Shown piece after piece: positions 1 to 12,883 of a stretch of DNA of 64,000 nt. This DNA is from Mobula hypostoma (Eukaryota): assembly GCF_963921235.1 (NCBI RefSeq), contig NC_086108.1:3038001-3102000 (forward strand), written 5' to 3'. Numbering within the stretch: the stretch's first letter is position 1; each line of letters opens with the position of its first letter. The position numbers were made by a program, and so were the translations under genes. The notes beneath the pieces were generated by a model. The model made no database searches. It was given only the letters and a program-made list of their open reading frames with translations, and had not been told where the DNA came from.

Positions 1-78
1 CATCCTCTCATACTTTTCTCCAGTCATCTTAATGTTATGCCTCCTTGTATTAGCCTTTTCCGCCCTGGAAAAAAGTAG

Positions 79-775
79 ACCATAAGATATAAGAGCAGAA
101 TTAGGCCATTTGGCCCTTCAAGCATGCTACACCATTTCATCATGGCTGATCAATTTTTCCTCTCAGTCACAATCCCCTGTCTTCTCCCCATTACCCTTCA
201 TGCCCTGACTAATCAAGAATCACTCAACCTCTGGCTTAAATGTACCCAGTGACTTGACCTCCACAGCCACCTGTAGCAATGAATTCCACAGATTCACCAC
301 CCTCTGGCTGAAGAAATTCCTCCTCATCTCTGTTCCAAATGGACATCCCTCTACTCCAGGGGTTCCCAACCTTTTTTTCATGCTATTGACTCCTACCATT
401 AACTGAGGGGTTTGTGGACCCTAGTTTGGGAACCCCTGCTCTATTCTGAGGCTGTGCCCTCAAGTCTAAGACTCCCCCACTCCCCCACCACAGGAAAAAT
501 CCTCTCCACATGCACTCTATCTTGGCCTTTTAACATTTGGATAGGTTTCAATGAGATTCCCTCCCCCGCCTTAATTCTTCTGAATTCCAGTGGGTATAGG
601 CCCAGACCCATCAAATGATAAGCCTTTCAATCCCAGAGTAATATTTGTGAACCTCCTCTGAACCCCCTACAATGTTAGCACATCCTTTTTTTGATAAGGG
701 GCCCAAAACTGCTCGCATTACACTAAGTGAGGCCTCACCAGTGCTTTATAAAGTCTCAACATTACATCCTTGCTG
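79..775 (-). mobile_element. CR1-type LINE 3' fragment, interrupted by a hAT MITE
   Basis: Reverse complement of the CR1 3' end seen at 1140-1737 and 34850-35490; boundaries approximate. Confidence 0.75.
357..438. mobile_element. 82-bp hAT (Charlie/Buster-type) MITE
   Basis: TIRs CAGGGGTTCCCAA / TTGGGAACCCCTG; 8-bp TSD CTCTACTC (349-356) / CTCTATTC (439-446). Confidence 0.85.
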
Positions 776-1139
776 TCTGGCTGTCCACTTGATCTATGTC
801 TCTTACCATCTTGTACACCTCTCGCCATCCTTTGGTCTAAAGAGAAAAACGCTTTGGCTCACTTGGCCTATCATGATCTTGATAATTGGTGGGGCAGGCT
901 TGATGAACCAGATGGCTTACACCTGACTATATGATCAAATGTGTCCGTCTCCTTCTGTCACTACAAGTTCATGCTGTTTTCAATGGGAATGAGTCTTAAA
1001 CAATAGGCTAGCAAGTCCTTCAAGTCTTCAGTGAACTTCAGACTGATCTCCACTCCATATTGTATGCCTTGGCATTTATATTTTTAAAATCAACTTGAGC
1101 GGCAATTGGTTGTAATAGAGAGCTTCTTTCCTTAGTTTG

Positions 1140-1737
1140 GAGAGACTAGAGTATAAAAGCAAGGCTATAATGTTGAGGCTTTATAAAGCACAGTTGAGGC
1201 TTCACTTGGAGTATTGTAAGCAATTTTGGGTCCCTTATCCAAGAAAGGATGTGCTGAGGATTCATAGGAGGGTCACGAAAATGATTCTGAGATTGAAAGG
1301 CTTGCCAAATGAGGAGCGTTTAATGGATCTGGGCCTATACTCACTGGAATGAGGAGTGACCTCATTGAAGAATTTAAATCTATTGGTTGTTGAAAGGTCC
1401 AGATAGAGTGGATGTGGAGAGGATGTTTCCTATGGTGAGGGAGTCTAAGATCAGAGGACATAGCCTCAAAATAGAGGGACATCCTTTTAGAACAGAAATG
1501 AGGAATTTCTTTAGCCGGAGAGTGGTGAAACTGGAATTTGTTGCTATGGGCAACCAAATCATTTGACATGTTTAAGGCAGAGGTTGATGGATTCTTGATT
1601 GATCAGGGCATGAAGGGATACAGGAAGAGGGCAGGAGACTGGAGCTGTAAGGGAAAATGGATTAGCCTGATGAAATGGTGGAGCGGACTCGATGAGCCAA
1701 ATACCTTAATTCTGATCCTATATTTTATGGTCTTTTG
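1140..1737 (+). mobile_element. CR1-type LINE 3' fragment
   Basis: Translates to LRLYKA.LR.HLEYC.QFW.P...LGLYSLE, the CR1 ORF2 C-terminus. Confidence 0.8.
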
Positions 1738-1764
1738 TTCTTAATAGACTTCTTACCCTGAGAT

Positions 1765-2070
1765 GGGTGGCAGGGTGGAGATGCATCTCTACCGAAGAAG
1801 GGGTAAGGTGCTCCTTTCCTCTGCTAGCCTGCAGGTCATCCTTTGAAACCATGGGATCAGGTGGTGGATGGTTGTATGATCAGGTGGTGCATATCACAAG
1901 TCCTGGTTACGTGACTACTGACACCAGGCAGATAATCTCTGAAGAGGATTGATAATGGCTGGAGTCACCCATCTTGTAAAGACAAACCACTTCGGTAGAA
2001 GAGTTTACCAATAACAATCATGCTCATGGAAAGATAATGATTGCCCACACATTATGCACATGATGATGAT
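1765..2070 (+). mobile_element. RTE-related SINE-like repeat (partial copies at ~3775-3880 and ~56905-57010)
   Basis: Recurrent motif (ATGGC)AAACCACTTC.GTAGAA..ATCATGGTCATG with (ATG)n tail, resembling RTE/BovB ends. Confidence 0.5.
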
Positions 2071-2377
2071 ACTGCTTCATAGTTGTCCTTTTCAATGAAG
2101 GAAATGGCTTTGTGACAGCTATTCTGTCAAATTGTCTGACAGTTTTCTAACAGTCGCGGTGATGGCTATCCACTGGTCCATTGTGAATGGGTTGGCCCAT
2201 TAAAAGGGCAGTTGTCCTCAATCTTGTATTTGGATATTTGTTTGTTTATTAGAGCTGTAGTCCAACGAATCCACACGCACCGTAACACCCATGTGACTAA
2301 TTATAATGAGGCTAGACTTCGTGTTCTTTCTATTTTGTAAGTGCTAGTTTCTGATTAAAGTCTCTGTCTGTGTTTAG

Positions 2378-2455
2378 GGTCGGTTTACAATTGCAGCAAA
2401 GCATCATATATCAATAGCAGAAATTTACGAGAGCGAGCTGGTGGACATCGAGAAA
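2378..2455 (+). CDS. NAPA: alpha-SNAP internal exon (equivalent to human exon 5), [26 protein letters not shown]
   Basis: AG at 2376-2377, GTAAG at 2456; 78 nt; near-identical to vertebrate alpha-SNAP. Confidence 0.96.
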
Positions 2456-3316
2456 GTAAGTGTCCAATAAGCTGCATGTTCTTCACGTTCTGGGTTATTT
2501 TGCTTTTTCGTTCTGCACCTGTGATGCTTTGATATATTGCTCAGTACGGAAGAGAACTAATTTGTCTACTGAAGGGTGGTAGGTGGCATTTGGAGATTCA
2601 GCATGATAACAGGCCCTTCTGGCCCAATGACCCCCCACCCCCTGCCTGATTACCCCCATTGACCAATTAACCTACCAACCTGTATGTCTTTGCAACGTGG
2701 GAGGGAATTGTAGCAATGGGAGGAAGTCCACACGGTCACAGAGAGAACATATAAACTCCTTACAGGGAATTAAACCTGGCTTGCTAGTGCTGTAATAGCA
2801 TTACGCTAACCACTGTGCTACTGTGCCACCATCACTATGGTAGCGGGAGGTGATTCTGTTTGTCCTGAAGCTCTGGGACCATGTGGGACCTGCAGCCTTC
2901 ATTTGGCTCCCTCCCTCCCTCCCTGTGTGCCTCTGGGTCTGTTGTGCCAGTGAATGCAAAAGAGCAGACTGGTACGTTCTACCTGAAATCGTTACCTTGC
3001 AATGTCAGTGACTGAGTGATCACTCCTCTAATTCAGACATCAGTATCTAGGTGTTGATGAGGCGGATTTTGCAAGCTTGACTGGACTGAGGCTACTCTGC
3101 CCTGTCCAAGACCGATGCCAGCTGATCCATCTGCTGTTGATCAGTTGTTTGAAAGGTTGAAGTAATAGTATAGCTGTGCTGCAGGTAGATGAGATATCCA
3201 GTGGATTCGAGTCCATTTCATTGATGGGTCTGCAATTGCACTTAGGCCAGACCAGATATGAAGTTTTCTCGCCTGAAAAATACCAAAGTTCAAAAAGTAG
3301 ATTTTTTTTTTTATTG

Positions 3317-3775
3317 AACGCAAACAACAGGAATTCTGCAGATGCTGGAAATTCAAGCAACACACATCAAAGTTGCTGGTGAACGCAGCAGGCCAGGCAG
3401 CATCTCTAGGAAGAGGTACAGTCGACGTTTCAGGCCGAGACCCTTCGTCAGGACTAACTGAAGGAAGAGTTAGTAAGAGATTTGAGAGGGGGAGGGGGAG
3501 ATCCAAAATGCTAGGAGAAGATGGCGGGGGGAGGGGTGGAGCCAAGAGCTGGACAGGTGATAGGCAAAGGGGATATGAGAGGATCATGGGACAGGAGGTC
3601 CGGGGAGAAAGACAAGCAGGGGGACCTCAGGGGATGGGCAAGGGGTATAGTCAGAGGGACAGAGGGAGAAAAAGGAGATTGAGAGAAAGAATGTGTGTAT
3701 ACAAATAAATAACGGATGGGGTATGTGGGGGAGGTGGGGCATTAGCAGAAGTTAGAGAAGTCGATATTCATGCCA
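3317..3775 (-). mobile_element. Penelope-like element pseudo-LTR / 3' fragment
   Basis: Near-identical reverse complement of 15995-16457, the end of the RT+GIY-YIG element. Confidence 0.85.
3419..3460 (-). ncRNA. Minimal type-I hammerhead ribozyme motif of a Penelope pLTR (intact core)
   Basis: Minus strand reads CAGUUAGUC-CUGACGA-AGGGUCUCGGCCU-GAAA-CGUC^GACUG; stem I AGUC/GACU, short stem II, palindromic ACGU in place of stem III. Confidence 0.7.
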
Positions 3776-4440
3776 TTGGCAATGGTAAACCATTTCTGTA
3801 GAAGAACTTGTCAGGAACAGTCATGGTCATGAATAGACGATCATCGCCCACATCATGTACGACATAATGATAATGATTGCCATATAGTTTGTTGCCATAT
3901 ACTACTTTGAGATTCATTTTCTTGCAGGTATTTACAGGTAAATAAAGAATACAATAGAATTTATGAAAAACACGGCAAACAGCCGATGTGTAAAATAATA
4001 CTGTGAATATTGACAATGAGCTTGTAGGTTGTGGAATTGGTTACAGTAGTCCATTAGTAGTCAATATTTTTCCAGGTTACTTGGGTCTGCACAGAACTGA
4101 GGCAGAGGTTGTGGCCTCCTCCAGGCTTTGTGTCTGAGGACCCACCTCTGATCTGACTTCTGAGCTATTTACGTACTTTTATTGTTTGCATGATTCATTT
4201 TTTTTCTCTCTGCACATTGGGTGTTTGATGGTTTTGGTTTCTTTGTTTTGTGGCTGCCTCTAGGGAGACAAATCTCATTATATAATGTATACATACTTGG
4301 ATAATAAATGTGATTGAGGACAGCCCCTGTCTGCAGATGGAGTAGCAGTATTTTTGTGCTGCTTTTAGTTTTCTTACTCTCCCTCTAGTTTAAGCTTTGA
4401 ATTTAAAATTTTTACTTGCTGATTCTTGAGGGGGAACAAT

Positions 4441-5265
4441 ATGTCTATGAGAAGTGGGAAGAATTTACCTGAACTCAGTGATAAAGGTAATGGGAAAGGA
4501 AAGGTGCAAAAGGAAAGATCTGATGAAATGCCATCGTGGGCTGAAGATATCATTTGGACACTGAATTCAATTAAGGATCAGAATGGATCAATTAAAGACC
4601 AACTCGAAAAGAATAGTAATGAAATGAAGTCATTTCTGGGAAAACATAATGACCTGGAAATTCAAGTTATTACACGTGAAGAGGAATTGAAGCTAACTAA
4701 GCAAAAGTTGTCTGAAGCTACAACTCGTTTGGAAAGATATCAAAATAAGATTATAGACCTGGAAACTATGACTCGACGAAGGAATATACAAATTGTTGGG
4801 CTGCAAGAAGGAGCTGAAGATACTTACTGCTTACTTTGGTAAGCTTTTCCACACTTTATTTCCCACCGTTCTGTCAAAGCCGCCTGCTATAGAAAGGGCA
4901 CACAGGGCATTTATCTCGAAATTGAAGGATTCTAGTAAACCAAGATCTGTTCTGATTTGCTTTCATCACTTTAAAATTAAAGATCAAATAATGCGACAGG
5001 CAAGAAAACAGAGTTTTAGATCTGTGGAATCTGAGCTCTGCTTTTACGAAGATTATCCAAGGGAGATAATGGAACAAAGATCAAAATTTGCCCTGGTAAT
5101 GAAACAAGCATATGATAAAAAAACTTTTTCCCTCTTTGAGGTACCCGACAAGAATTAAAGTTTTTTCCTGCTAATTCTCCTCCTCGTACTTTTTTTGATC
5201 CAAAAGCTGCACTGGACTTTGTTCAGGCTATACCCGCCACTGTTACTGACGCCGCTGCTGAATGA
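4441..5265 (+). pseudogene. L1 ORF1p (coiled coil + RRM), frameshifted
   Basis: Motifs RRRNIQIVGLQEGAE, IERAHRA, PRSVLICFHHF, FYEDYP spread over frames. Confidence 0.85.
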
Positions 5266-5999
5266 ACTATCTGAAAGGCTATTTGGCTATCTGTATATTA
5301 TTCGCATTTCGGAAAGAAGATTTATGAAGGTCATTTGTATATTTCATTGAGAGACTAATTAAAGAAGACAAGGAGAGTTGTTCATTATTGCATACTGTTG
5401 GTTTTCCTTTGGAAAGATTTATGGCTTAAGTATGTCTGTCTAAATGATCATCTGAACATTCGACGACTGAGAGAAGAAGATAGGGGGATTTGTTCCTTTA
5501 ACTTAATACTTGGTTTGTTTCTTTTTTTAATCAGCTAATTGGTAGTTTTTTCCTATTAATAGGGCTTTTTATGTATATTTTCTGTTTTATTATAACATTT
5601 TATAATTGAATTTAAAGCTTTTTTAGGGAATTAATATTAAACTTAAAGATGGCGCTGGTTTTTCTCTCTAAGAGATAACATTATTTTGGTTCTTATTTAT
5701 TAGTTGATGGAATGTAAATACCTTTTTTTGCTAAGACTTTATTGTTTTTTTTACAAGGTCACTCTACCTTTTTACTAACTGGGGGGAGGGAAAGAAAACA
5801 CAGATAGAGCGGTCAGTAGCTTTGAACTCTATCATAGATCGCTTGCCTTTTTCGGGCTTCCGGGTGTGGGTGGGTGGGTTTAGAGTTAGGAGTTTTTACC
5901 CGTTGGGTGGTTCCGGAGCATGCGTGTTTTTTATGTGGTTGTATTCTTCATCACCGCCATCTTTGATCATCCCGTATTGGTATGTGCTCTGTTCATGTA

Positions 6000-7601
6000 C
6001 AAACGCCATTTCCAGAAAAGTTGGGATATTTTCCAAAATGCAATAAAAACAAAAATCCGTGAGATATTAATTCACGTGAACCTTTATTTAACTGACAAAA
6101 GTACAAAGAAAAGATTTTCAATAGTTTTACTGACCAACTTAATTGTATTTTGTAAATATACACAAATTTAGGATTTGGTGGCTGCAACACACTCAACAAA
6201 AGTTGGGACAGAGTTAAAATAAGATTGAAAAGTGCACAGAATATTCAAGTAACACCGGTTTGGAAGACTCCACATTAAGCCGGCTAATTGGTAGCAGGTG
6301 AGGTGTCATGACTGGATATAAAAGTAGCGTCCATCAAAGGCTCGGTCTTTGCAAGCAAGGATGGGTCGTGGCTCACCCCTTTGTGCCAAAATTTGTGAGA
6401 GAATTGTTAGTCGGTTCAAAAGGAACATTTCTCAATGCAAAATTGCAGAGAATTTAGGTCTTTCAACATCTACAGTACATAATATTGTGAAAAGATTCAG
6501 AGAATTCAGAGACATCTCAGTGCGTAAAGCGCAAGTTCGGAAACCACTGTTGAATGCGCGTGATCTTCAAGCCCTCAGGTGGCACTGCCTAAGAAACCTT
6601 CATGCTACTGTGACAATTATAGCCAGCTGGGCTCGGGAGTACTTCGGAAAACCATTGTCACTCAACACAGTCCGTCGCTGCATCCAGAAATGCAATTTGA
6701 AACTGTATTATGCAAGGAGGAAATGGGATTTGTACATCAACTCTATGCAGAAACGCCAGTGAGTTCTCTGGGCCCGAGCTCATCTCAGATGGACCGAAAG
6801 ACTGTGGAACCATGTGCTGTGCTCAGATGAGTCCACATTTCAGCTAGTTTTTGGAAAAAACGGGCGCCGAGTTCTCCGTGCCGAAGATGAAAACAACCAT
6901 CCAGATTGTTATCGGTGAAAGGTGCAAAAGCCAGCATCTGTGATGGTATGGGGGTGCATCAGTGCCCACGGCATGGGTGAGTTGCATGTATGTGAAGGTA
7001 CCATTGACTCTGAGGCGTACATTAGGATTTTAGAGAGACATATGTTGCCATCAAGGCGACGTCTCTTCCCGGGACGTCCATGCTTATTTCAGCAGGACAA
7101 TGCCAGACCACATTCTGTATGGGCTACAACAGCGTGGCTTTGTAGACACAGAGTGCGTATGCCTGACTGGCCTGCTGCCAGTCCAGATCTATCTCCTATT
7201 GAAAATGTATGGTGCATCATGAAGAGGAGAATCAGACAACGGAGACCACGGACTGGTGAGCAGCTGAAGTCTTATATCAAGCAAGAATGGACAAAATTTC
7301 CAATTGCAAATCTACTACAATTAGTATCCTCAGGTCCAAAACGATTAAAAAGTGTTATTAAAAGGAAAGGTGATGTAACACAATGGTAAACATGCCTCTG
7401 TCCCAACTTTTGAGTGTGTTGCAGCCATCAAATTCTAAATTTGTGTATGTTTACAAAATACAATTAAGTTGGTCAGTAAAACTATTGAAAATCTTCTCTT
7501 TGTACTTTTGTCAGTTAAATAAAGGTTCACGTGAATTAACATATCACAGTTTTTTTATTGCATTTTGGAAAATATCCCAATTTTTCTGGAAAGGGGGTTT
7601 G
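6000..7601 (+). mobile_element. Tc1 (DD34E) DNA transposon, full length, copy 1
   Basis: TA TSD at 5998-5999 and 7602-7603; ~210-bp TIRs starting CAAAC(G/C)CCATTTCCAGAAAAGTTGGGA with an internal AAAAGTTGGGA direct repeat. Confidence 0.95.
6361..7389 (+). pseudogene. Tc1 transposase with two premature TGA stops (6760-6762, 6916-6918)
   Basis: One frame from MGRGSP to GDVTQW; SDES, FQQDNARPH and SPDLSPIENVW, with 34 residues between the second D and E. Confidence 0.92.
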
Positions 7602-7625
7602 TATAAAGTAGAATAAAATTATAGT

Positions 7626-10600
7626 ATGGTATTTAAACGGATTAATATAATAAGTTGGAATGTATATGATTGGAATCATCCTATTAAACGAAAAAAGACT
7701 TTTAAAATTATTAGCCGATTTCAACCTGATATAATTTTTGCTCAAGAGACACATATCAGGGCGGGAGATCAAAATAGATTTTTTGGATGGTGGAATGGTT
7801 TGCAATTCCACTCTACTTCTCAGAGTAAAACAAAAGGCGTGTCTATTTTTATTAAACCTAATATATTTATTCAAGAGGATATTGAATCAGATTCTAATGG
7901 TAGATTTTTAATTATTAAAGGAACAATCTGTAACAGAAAAATTGTTTTGGTTAATTTGTATGGTCTTAACTTAGATGATCCTTTTTTTAAAATGTATTTA
8001 CTTTACTGCCTGATTTAAATGAATATATGCTGATAATGGGCGGGGAATTTAACTGCTGCTTAAATCCTATGATTGATAAGAGTTCAACCAATCAGTGACT
8101 TCCAAATTGATCCACATCATTTATTAATTCCTTTTTGATTGATTTTGCATTGATTGATTTGTGGAGGTATCTTCATCCCGATAATAGAGAATATTTTTTC
8201 TTCTCACATGTTTATAAAAAATATTCCAGGATAGATTATATTATAATCAATCCCTGCTTCTTGCCTAATGTTAAAACTTGCGAATATGACGCTATTGCTA
8301 TATCTGATCATGCGCCTCTGAGTTTGTCTTTTGAATTTGATGATGTCATTCTTGTCCGCCCACCTTGGCGCATGTCCCAGACATTATTGCAAAATTCTGA
8401 CTTTGTCAGTTTCATTGAAACGCAGATAAAAGAATGTTTGCTTTTTAATGATATAGGGGGTATGTCTAAATTAGTTATATGGGATACATTTAAAGCATTT
8501 TTACGTGGTCAGATTATTTCTTATTCAGCTAAATTTAAAAAACAAACTAAAGCAGAATTAGATAGAATTTCAAAACAAATTAAAGATTTAGATGATATCT
8601 ATGCAAGTTCCCCCAATACTGATTTATTTAAACAAAGGGTGGAACTTCAATCACAATATAACCTGTTATTAACTCATCCCATTGGAGGATATTTGCTTAA
8701 GTTAAAGAGCCAATTTTATGTTTGGAGGTAAAAATAATAAACTGCTGGCATCTCAATTAAAAATGGCTGCAGCCAAAAGGCAAATCATGAAAATTCTTAA
8801 GAAAGATGGTACCTTAGCTCAGGAATATGAAGAAATTAATAAGATTTTTCAAGATTTTTATGCTGAACTTTATAAATCTCAATGTCCGTTAGATTCTTCT
8901 GAAATGAATGCTTTTTTACAAAAGATTGTTTTTCCTAAAATCTCGGCTGAGGATCAAAAAACTCTTGATCACTGAATCCGAAATTCATAAAGCTATTTTT
9001 TCAATGCAATCTGGTAAGTCCCCAGGACTTGATGGCTATCCTGTAGAATTTTAGAAAAAATTTGGAAAGTTGCTTTCTCCGTATATGCTTGGAAATGTTT
9101 AAGGATTCTTTTGTGAAAGGTGACTTACCCTCTACTTTTTATGAGACTTCTTTTTCTTTAATTCTTAAAAAAGATAAAGATCCTACTGACTGTGATTCAT
9201 ATAGACCTATTTCATTACTGAATGTTGACGCTAAGATTCTGTCAAAGATAATGACCAATTGGTTGGAGAATATTTTGGGTAAAATTATTTTTAAAGATCA
9301 AACAGACCTTATAAAGGGTCGCTATTCTTTTTCAAATAATGTTCGGAGACTATTTAACATTATTTATTCATCCTCTTTTAAAACTCCACAATGTGTTGTA
9401 TCTTTGGATGCTGAAAAAGCGTTCGATCGAGTCGAATGGAAATATTTATTCAATGTTTCAGAGAAATTTGGCTTTGGTGCTAATTTTAATAATTGGATTA
9501 AAATGATATATAAAGCCCCTATTGCTACTGTTGTTACTAACAATTGTAGGTCTCCTTTTTTTCAGCTTTCATGGGGGACAAGGCAAGGCTGTCCATTAAG
9601 TCCTTTGTTGTTTAACTTAATATTAGAACCCCTTGCTATTGCTCTTTGTGACGTTAAAAATATCAATGGGATTTTTGTGAATGAGACCATGCATAAGATC
9701 TCTCTTTACGCTGAAGATTTATTGGTTTATATATCTAACCCTGACGAATCCATTCCTGCCTTGCTAAAATTATTTAATGAATTTGGAGGTTTTTCAGGAT
9801 ATAAAATAAATTTTAATAAAAGTGAATTGTTTCCTTTAAATGATTCTGTCTCTATATATGATAATACTCTTTTTAAAGTCGCAGACTCTTTTAGCTATTT
9901 AGATATTATAATTACTAAAAAATAAAAGGATCTTTATAAAGCCAATTTTGTTCCTTTAGTAGACTCTATGAAGTATTTATTTAGTAGATGGAGTCCACTT
10001 ACATTTTCACTTGTTGGTCGTATTCTTATAGTTAAAATGATGATTTTACCAAAATTTTTATATTTATTTCAGAATATTCCTGTTTTTTTGACTAGGAAGT
10101 TTTTTGATGGGATTGATTCTATTATTTTATCTTTTATTTGGAATAATAAAAGACCAAGAATTAGTAAATGTCACTTACAAAAATTGAAAAAACATGGCGG
10201 TCTTGCTTTGCCTAATCTAAGAATGTATTATTGGGCTGTTAATGTGCGATACATGTCTTTTTGGTTATACTGTATTGATAAGAGTGATTGGCCAATTTGG
10301 GTAGACCTGGAACTGAAAGTTGTAAAACAGTTTTATTTAACCTCGTTATTGGGAGCTCCTTTACCTATGCAATTAGTTGAAGTTGTTCAATTAAACCTAT
10401 ATCCTGTGATTAAGTGTTCTTTACAAATTTGGCTCCAGTTCCGCAATTTTTTTAATCTTAAAAAATTTAAACTTTGTAGTTTAGTTTATCAAAATTACTT
10501 TTTTAAGCCTTCTTTGAGTGATCCAATTTTTTTACTTTGGAAAAATAAAAGTATTAATTCTTTTTTGGATTTATTTGAAGAAGATTGATGTCTTTTGAAC

Positions 10601-11890
10601 AATTAATTGATAAATATTCTCTTTCATACATATACTTTCTGCAATACCTTCAAGTTAGACATTTTTTACAAAAAATATTTAAGTAATTTTCCTTACATAT
10701 TGGAGGCTGACCTGTTAGATACTATTATGAGTATGAATTCTTTGATTAAGGGTTCTATTGGAAGAATTTATAATTTATTTTCAGATCTTTTTATTGTTAT
10801 ATTATACAGGAAAAATAACAAGAGTACATTGAAGTAACAACACTTACAATGTATCAAAAAAGACATTATCTTAAAGATTGAAAAAAATTTTGTGATAACA
10901 AAAAAAACCTACTAAGCAGAAAAGTGAGAGAGAGAAAAAGAACCCATTAGGTGTACAACCCTGGAGTCATGCATCATACAAAAAGCTTCTAAAAATAAAC
11001 ATCAAACCACCAACAAGAAAAGAAAATATACTAAAAAATTTACAGTTAGATCGTGGAAAAATTATATCAACTAACTCAAATGATAATAATGAGCAAATGA
11101 GCCCCATCTGTTCTCAAAATCAAATGAAGGTTCAAAGGTTCGACCTCTAATTTTCTCCACACTAAGACATAGCATCACTTGAGAGAACCATTGTGACAAA
11201 GTGGGAGCTGATGCATCCTTCCACTTCAACAAAATGGCCCTCCTAGCTATCAATGTAACAAATGCAATAAAGAATTTATAATTTATTATTACAATGGGAT
11301 AAGCGTCCTTTATCTAAGATTAAACAGGATTGGGAAAAGGAACTTAATTTGACTCTTATGATGGAGGATTGAATGTGAATTTTGAAGTTGGCTAACTCTT
11401 CTTCAATTTGTGCTAGCCATTTATTGATTCAATTTAAAATTGCACATCATTATCATTTGACGAAGGAGAGACTTTCTAAAATCTTTTCTAATGTTGATAG
11501 TCATTGTGATAGATGTAAAACTGAGCTAGCTACACTGACACATATGTTTTGGTTTTGTTCTATATTGCAACAGTTCTGGAAGTTGGTTTTTTCAACAATC
11601 TCTAAAGCACTTAAAATTAATCTACAACCTAATAAATTAACTCTGCTTTTTGGAAAAATTCCTCAAAATATTCATGGTATTTCTGTGTCTGACCAACATG
11701 TTATTGCATTTGTTGCATTGCTAGGAGGGCCATTTTGTTGAAGTGGAAGGATACATCGGCTCCCACTTTGTCACAACGGTCTCTCAAGTGATGCTATGCC
11801 TTAGTTTGGAGAAAATTAGAAGTCGAACCTTTGAACCTTTATTTGATTTTGAGAAAAAATGGGGCTTATTTGCTTGTTATTATCATTTGA
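7626..11890 (+). pseudogene. L1 ORF2p (APE endonuclease, RT, Cys-rich C-terminus), disrupted
   Basis: SWNV, QETH, SRIDY, SDH (APE); YRPISLLNVDAKIL, LDAEKAFDRVEW, GTRQGCPLSPLLF, YAED (RT); CDRC...HMFWFC. Confidence 0.92.
10780..11269 (-). mobile_element. 5'-truncated copy of the same L1 family inserted antisense into the host ORF2
   Basis: Reverse complement of ~11700-12175; 18-bp TSD AAGAATTTATAATTTATT at 10762-10779 and 11270-11287. Confidence 0.92.
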
Positions 11891-12599
11891 GCTAATTGAT
11901 GTAATCTTTCCACGATCTAATTGTAAATTTTTTAGCATATTTTCTTTTCTTGCTAGCAGTTTGATGATTATTTTTCAGAAGCTTTTTGTATGACACATGA
12001 CTGCGGGGTTGTACACCTAATGGGTTCTTTTTTTTCTCACTTTTCTGCTTAGTAGGTTTTTTCTGTTATCACAAAATTTTTTTTCAATCTTTAAGATAAT
12101 GTCTTTTTTAAGACATTACCTCAATGTACTCATGTTATTTTTTCTGTATAATATAACAATAAAAAGATTTGGAAAGAAAGATAATAAATGTGATTTGAAC
12201 TTTGTCCTTATGCAGATGTAGCCCCAGTCTGCCTTACTGATCCATTAATTTAACTGCCGGGCCACCACTGTGTCCTGATCTGGCTTGATGTTCAAAGTAC
12301 GTACAGTACGTGTCACCATATACTACCCTGGGATACATTTTTTTTGCAGGCAAAAGCAACCATCAATAAAATAAAACTACACATAAGACTGGCAACCAAT
12401 GTGCAAAAGACTAATTGTGCAAATAAAAATAGTTAGTAAATAATACTGAGAACGGATTGTAGAGTCCATGGGTTGAAAGTGGACTCTGTGTGACTCCAGG
12501 CTCATCAAAATGTAGTTGACTGTTGAGGGTCTTAACCCAGAGGCATTTGGGGATGAATAATTAAAAGCCAGTGATATTCACCTCCTAATAAATCAATAA

Positions 12600-12883
12600 A
12601 TGGTGGCATGATACTGTAGCGGCTAGTGTAACACTTATAGCGCCAGCGATGCAGTTCAATTCCTGCTGCTGGCTGTAAGGAGTTAGTACATTTTCCCTGC
12701 GACTGCGCGGGTTTCCTCCGGGTGCTCTGGTTTCCTCCCACAGTCCAAAGACGTACAGGTTAGTGAGGTAGTGAGCATGCTATGTTGGCGCTAGAAGTAT
12801 GACAGCATTTGCAGACTGCACCCAGCACATCCTTGGACTTTTGGTTGCTGTTGACGTGAACAACGCATTTCACTGTATGTTTC
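12600..12883 (+). mobile_element. tRNA-derived V-SINE (HE1-like); tail resumes at 13368-13405
   Basis: B-box-like GTTCAATTCC and V-domain GGGTTTCCTCCGGGTGCTCTGGTTTCCTCCCACAGTCCAAAGAC; related copies at ~2600-2830(-), 48290-48530(-), 54680-54820(-), 59465-59705(+). Confidence 0.75.

Larger units (their letters stand above)
4316..12180 (+). mobile_element. Near full-length, decayed L1-clade LINE in a NAPA intron (~5.75 kb after removing two nested insertions)
   Basis: 15-bp TSD ATAATAAATGTGATT at 4301-4315 and 12181-12195; ORF1 and ORF2 remnants; AATAAA followed by a GAAAGAAAG tail. Confidence 0.93.

Noticed and set aside
6000..7601. Unusual Tc1 subfamily (DD37E/DD38E) or an active transposase
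   Set aside because: The counted spacing is DD34E, and both copies have premature stops.
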